From a virus (lineage: Duplodnaviria > Caudoviricetes): 64,000 bases of DNA. The notes below the pieces were generated by a model. That model had not been told where the DNA came from. It did no database searches and saw only the letters and a list, made by a program, of their open reading frames with translations. Location of the stretch: positions 23,752 to 87,751 of IMG/VR virus record IMGVR_UViG_3300023259_000001. One strand, written 5' to 3'. The stretch's first letter is position 1, and every line of letters begins with the position of its first letter. Positions 19,301 to 25,300 of the stretch are shown here, piece by piece. Position numbers and translations under genes: made by a program.

Positions 19301-22300
19301 AGTTTCAACATGCTGGCGGTTTGCACGTCGGCCATGAGCCGGAAGCCGGAAACCAACTCTGGGATGTTGACGAACTTCGCAAACCGATTCGTCATGCGGA
19401 AGCCGGAAGCGTCCGGCGAGACTTCCAGCGTCGGCACTACTTCGCCGAACGTGTTGGCCCAGGCGTCGAAGTGCTGCAAGCCATGCTCGCGCAGATAGTC
19501 CGGCTGCAGGTACCGCTGCATGGTCCACATCTCGGCCATGGTGTTCGCTACCGGGGTGCCAGTGGCGAAGACGATTCCACGCCCGCCGTTGCGCTTCGCA
19601 ATGGTCTGGGTCTTGATGAACATATCGAAGGCGCGCTTCGATTCGGTATTGGGCAGTCCCCTTACCCGCGTCATCTTGGTAGGGAAGAACAGGTTCTTGA
19701 AGTTGTCAGCTTCGTCCACAAATAGGGAGTCGACGCCCAACTCCTCGAAGCCGATCCCTGTGTCCTTCGCTTCGCGGTCGGCCTTGCCGCGCAGCTTCGC
19801 CTCCAGGCTCTTTTTGGATTTCTCCATCTGCTTAACGAGCTTGGCGTCGGCCTTTTCCGCCTTCATTTCCAGAAGGTAGTTTTCCAGGTCGGCAATTTGG
19901 TCGCGAAGGTAGGAGTTGAACGTCTCGTCGGAGACGGGCAGCTTTTCGAACGACTCGTAGGAAACGATCACCGAATCCCAGTTGCCTGTGGCGATGCGCG
20001 CCATGACCTTGGCGCGGTTGGCCGCAGTGAACTGCTCGGGTGCCATCACCAGGACGTTCGCGCCGGGGTACATGGCCAGGAACTCGGCGCCGGTTGGCTC
20101 GACGCGGTTCTTGGGCACCACCATCAGGGGTTTCTTGGAGAGTCCCAGACGGCGCAACTCCATGGCCCCGCCGATCATTTCGTAGGTCTTGCCCGCCCCT
20201 ACGACGTGCGCGAGCAGCGTGTTGCCGCCGCTCGAAATGATGCGCCAGACGGCATTCTTCTGGTGGGGACGCAGCTTGATGTTTGCGGCCATCCCCGGCA
20301 ACTCCAGGTGGGAGCCGTCGTATTCGCGCAGACGGAGCGAGTTGAATTCGTCGTTGTAGAGCCTGCCCAGCGTTTCGGCGCGCTCTGGGTCTTGCCATGC
20401 CCATCCACGGAAGCGGTCTTTCAACTGCTGCTGCATCTCGCGCGCGGCGAGCGTTTCTTTCTCGTTGATGACGGTCTTCGTATCCGCGCCGCTGCCGATT
20501 ATGTCGTAGGCGGTTGGCGTCTTCATGTTCAACGCCTGCTCGATCAGATCAGTGGCGCTGAAACGGTCGGTGCCGTAGGTTTTGGAATTGGCGACGTTGT
20601 TTGCGCCCCAGCGGTCTGGCTTGACGGTCCACGTCGCCAGGGCTTCGGAATGCGAGACGTCGACGTTGCGCGGGGAGACTCCCAGCAGTTCGGCGATGTA
20701 CTGCTGAATGTATGGAGCCGGAATCCAGCTTGAGCCCATCTTGGCTTCGATATCCTCGGGTTGGAGGTCCTTGGGTTGCACGGCTTCGAGGGCGTCCACG
20801 TTGCGCTGGAACTGCTGGCCCATAGCCGGCTGGCCTGCAACCGTGCGCGCCTCGGCGAGCTTCTGCCGCACGTTGCCAGACAGGTATTCTTCCTGCGTCT
20901 CCCAGCGGTTGCCGTTCGGGTTCTGATAGATGATTGGCCCCAGTTCCGCCTGCATCTCGGCGGGCGTGCGGCCGGTGAGGTCCTGCATGCGCATCCAGTC
21001 GATGCGGCCTTTCTCGTTGAGTGAGATGGCAAGCGCCTCCTTGGCCGATCCGGCGCTGTCGATCCTCTTGGCCGGGCTGACGGTGCGCTCGCGGAATACC
21101 GGAGCCTTCTCGGCCTTCTTCGCCTCCGCGTCCCACTGTTCGAGCGAGAGAAGCACCGGGGCGTCGGGGTCTCCCCGGAAGGCGCTGATGTTCTGGGGTG
21201 CCGACAGGTAGCCGTTCTTCGCAACGAAGTGATCGTAAACCGTGTTGAGTTGCCGGATGGCCTTCTTGATCTCAGGCTCGGGCGCGTTCTGGATCTGGGT
21301 GCGGAAAACTTCGCGCAAGGCGTCGCGCACCTCGATCATGCCCTTGATGCGCTTCGCCTGCCATTCGGGGTTCGTGGCGGGGACGAGGCGGTCACCATGC
21401 CGCATAACGAGCTGCTTGTTGTCGTCGAGGGCGTAGGCACCGTCCTTGACCGTCGCCTGATCGGCGAAGGATACGGGGCCGGATTGTTCATCTGGCGCTT
21501 CCCAGGCATGGACTGCGTTCTCTGGCAGTTTGGCAATCGCGGCGTCGAGTAGCTCGGGCGTCAGTTCCCCGGTGAGCGCCGCGCTTTTGTCGGCGTACAT
21601 GGTGCCCAGCAGGCCCATCTGCCCCAGCATCATTTCCGGGTGGCGCGCGTAATACTCGTTGACCTCCATCGTGGTCTTGCCGATGGAGCCGTCAGGCCTT
21701 TCGGTGTTGCCCTGGATCTCGGACAGGGCCGTCCAACCTTCGCCTTTCGGTTTGTCGCCTGGGCCGCGCTTTTGCAGGAAGATGATGTCCGTTGTGACTT
21801 CGGTTCCGGCGTTGCCCTTGAATGCCGTATTCGGCAGCCGGATGGCGCCCAACAGATCGGCTTGGCTTGCGAGATACTGGCGCACGGTGCCGTCGCGCTT
21901 ATCCATGGTGAAATTCGAAGTGATGAACGCCACCAGTCCGCCCGGCCGCACCTTATCGAGGGCCTTGGCGAAAAAGTAATCGTGAATCGAGCGTGTGACA
22001 ACCGGGTTGCGCTTGAATGCCGGGTCGTGGATCGCGTAGTTTCCGAACGGAACATTGCTCACCGCGGCGTCAAAGAAATTGCCGGGGAGGCGCACGGTTT
22101 CAAACCCGGCGACATGCACGTCCGTTTCGGGATAGAGCAGCTTGGAGATGCGGCCGCTCAGCGAGTCCAGTTCGATTCCGGTGCGCCGCGAGCCTTCGGC
22201 CAGGTCCTCGGGCATCAGGCCGTAGAAGTGGCCTACGCCCATGGCCGGTTCAAGGAAGCTGGAATTGTCGCGCACGCCGAGGCGGCGCACGGCATCCCAG

Positions 22301-25300
22301 ATTTTCGAGATCACCAGCGGTGAGGTGTAATGCGCGTTGGGGGTAGAGGCGCGGGCGGATTGGAATTCCTCGGGAGTCAGCAGCGCGTCCATTTCGGCGC
22401 GCACGCCCTGCCACTCGCGCGGGATGCCCCAATCGGCGAAGGGTTGCGGCATGCCGCCCCAGCCCACGTACTTGACCAGGATCTTCTGCTCCTCGGGTGT
22501 GGCGTAGCGGCCTTCGGCTTCGACGCGCTTCAAGGCGCGGATAGCTTCCAGGTTGTCGTTGGCTTTTTGACGGATGCCGCCTTCCCCGACGTGGTCCTCG
22601 GGGGTTATGCGGTAATCGGCGGGTCGATCTCCGGTTGGACTGGTCCGGGGGGTAGCTGCAATTCCTCGTCCGCCAGCTCGCTCGCCTGGCTGTGTTCCAG
22701 GCCGCTCCGCAGAAGGTTCGACAGCACCTCCGCGTATCTCCCCAGGGCCGCTAAGGCCAGCTTCTCCAGGTTCCCCTTGCGGCGCATTTGCTCCACCGCT
22801 GACGGGTTCTGTTCCCGCCACTGGTTCACGAGTTGCTGGACCTGGGGTTGCATCCGCCTCCATTATAGGCTGGTTTTCAGGTGTTGGCGCAATCCCCGGT
22901 ACGGATAGTACTTTAGATAACTGCGGCGGCAGCGCCACTGGCTGCATGTCGCTTCGCACTCCGCCTTGGCTTGGACCCGCCGGATGCGCGGTGGCTTCCT
23001 GGAAGCCTGCCATGCTCGGAAGTTGCTCGGTAGCTGGTGGCTTCTGAGTAGGAGCGGCCTGGCCGAAAGGTTCAGCGGTGACGCCCTTGAATTTCTTGAT
23101 GGCCGCTCTGTTTTCCGGTGTGTCCGGTGCGATCCAGGCTTTCTCTTCCTTGTTCCAGTGAACACCTTGGACGGTTTGGCGGATAAGGGCTTTTACCGGG
23201 AAGGTGTTTCCCTTGATGGCAATTTGAGCGGGACCAGCAGCCGGAGAAAGATCAGGCGTTGCTGCCGCCGTGGTCGCCGCCGCGCCCCCGGCTGGTACAA
23301 CCTCGGGTGCCGCGCCCCGGTACAGGTATTGCTCAAACTGCTCCCGATCGAACTTCTGCACCGAGTCATCCGGCATCTTGGCCGTGATGTTGTAGACCTC
23401 GCGCGTGCCTCCGCCGATGGGCGCCCACTTGCCTCCAGGACCGCCCGGCATAATGGGCTGCATCAGGAACGCCGTCTCCTCCTGAATGGTGAGCGAGCCG
23501 TCCGGCACCTTCACTTTGTCGCCGGTGCGCAGCCCTTCCCAGAACGTGCGGAACTGTTCCGGCGCCGGGATCAGTTGGGGTATGTGGTCTTCCACTTCGG
23601 CCCGCATGCGCTGACTCGCGTATGTGCGCACCGCGCCAGGCGCGACGCTGCGCAACTGCTTGTCGATTTCCTTGTACCGGCCCTCGTAATTCTTGCGCGC
23701 TTCCTCGGTTCCAGCCTTGATCTGCGCGCGCCGCTGGTCCGCGCCTCTCTTGCCGGCGACATCCTCCAGCCTGGCGGGTTCGCCGTCGATGAATGCCTTG
23801 GCGGATTTCTGGGCGAAGCGGATGGCCTCGTAATAGGCGTCCGGGGTTTTGAAGTGCGCCTGTAGAGCGGCGTCGGCTTGCGGCGTGAATTCGAGATTGA
23901 GGCGGTTGGCGGCTACGGGCTGCGGCTCCGGAGTTGCCGCCGCGCCCCCGGCTGGTTCCAGTTTCTTTACCTGCGAAACAGGTACATACGCCTCAATCCG
24001 CCCGATTGGCACGCCGCCCGCATGGGCGATCTGGTCGGTGTCGATATCGACGGTGCCGCCGTTCTCGTCCGGCACCCACTTCTGGGCGGCTTGGTCGAAG
24101 CGGTTAGGCTCGATGCTGCGTATTGTTCCAGTGAGCTGCTTGCCGTTGCGAGTGAAGCTGACGCGATCACCTTCCTGGAAGCCCGCGGGCTTGCCTTCCA
24201 GCTTGATATCCGTCTGCTTCCCGTTCTTGTCTGAAAAGCTGACCGTATCCAGCTTCACTTGCTGCCCCGTCACGCCTGGAACACTCAGCCCGTCGTACTG
24301 CTTTCCTTCGCCCGGTTTCAAATAGGCGATGGTTACATGGGGTTGGTAGGAAGGATGGGTGTCGGTATGAGGTAATTGGCTAACGATGGAGTTCAATCGA
24401 TGCAGGTCTGGAGATTCGACGTCCACTTTGAGCACGTCGGCATCGGGAGTTTGGAATAAGGAGGCTTTACCGAGGGTTGCGGTGATGGGACCTTCGTTGG
24501 CCAGGAGCTTCTGGACTTCAGCGGGATCTTCACCATGAAGGCCGAATTTCACGGTGATGTGGGGCTGGGCCTCTCTTCCATCGGCAGCCAGTTTCTTGGC
24601 TGGGATAGTCTTACCGAAATTGACGACAGCTTTCGAGGCAGGGCCGGATAGGTTGGCTTGGGTGCTTGCGAAATCAAACTTGGGAGCGGGTTCATTGCTT
24701 GCAGCCTGCGGAGACGAAACCTCCGGTTTCTTCCCCGCGCCCCCTTCTTCCCCTAACGCATCTGCCGGGATGACGCTCTGTGGCGCGGCGGGAAACTGTA
24801 CCGAGGTGCTCGGTGCCGCTTGGGAAACAGGTGCCGCAACGGGTCTACCAGCCACGGGCGCGGCTGCGACCGGGGCGGCAGCAACATATGATGCTTGTCC
24901 TGGAACTGGTTCGGCTGCTGGAGTTGTCGGCAGACTTGTCGGCGCAACTTGATTTGTCGGCGGACTTTTCGGCAGATTATCCCATGCTGTATCTGCATGC
25001 CTTGCAATGAACACTCCATCTTGTGAAGTGTTCGCTACCGGCGTCATTTCCATGGCTTGTGGATCAATTCTCCACATGGCAGTCGGTCCCATGTGCTGCC
25101 GCTGCAACATGGCCGGGGTCGAGATCTCTCCGGATGCCGGCGCGCCGTTGGCAAACCACGCCTGTGCTGTGTGGACGCCAATCGAATGCGTCAAAAGCAA
25201 AGGCCGCTCGCCCGGCCGCCACGAATCGATGGCCTGCTGAAGGCCGCCGATGAACCTGCCCCTGAAATCGTTGAACGACTCGCCGCCCGGGACGGCTTCG

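Noticed and set aside
18418-19725. Long + strand ORFs antisense to real genes (e.g. 18418-19725, 39477-41141, 3046-4374, 15133-16095)
   Set aside because: Antisense shadows expected from GC-rich codon bias; no motifs or translation signals
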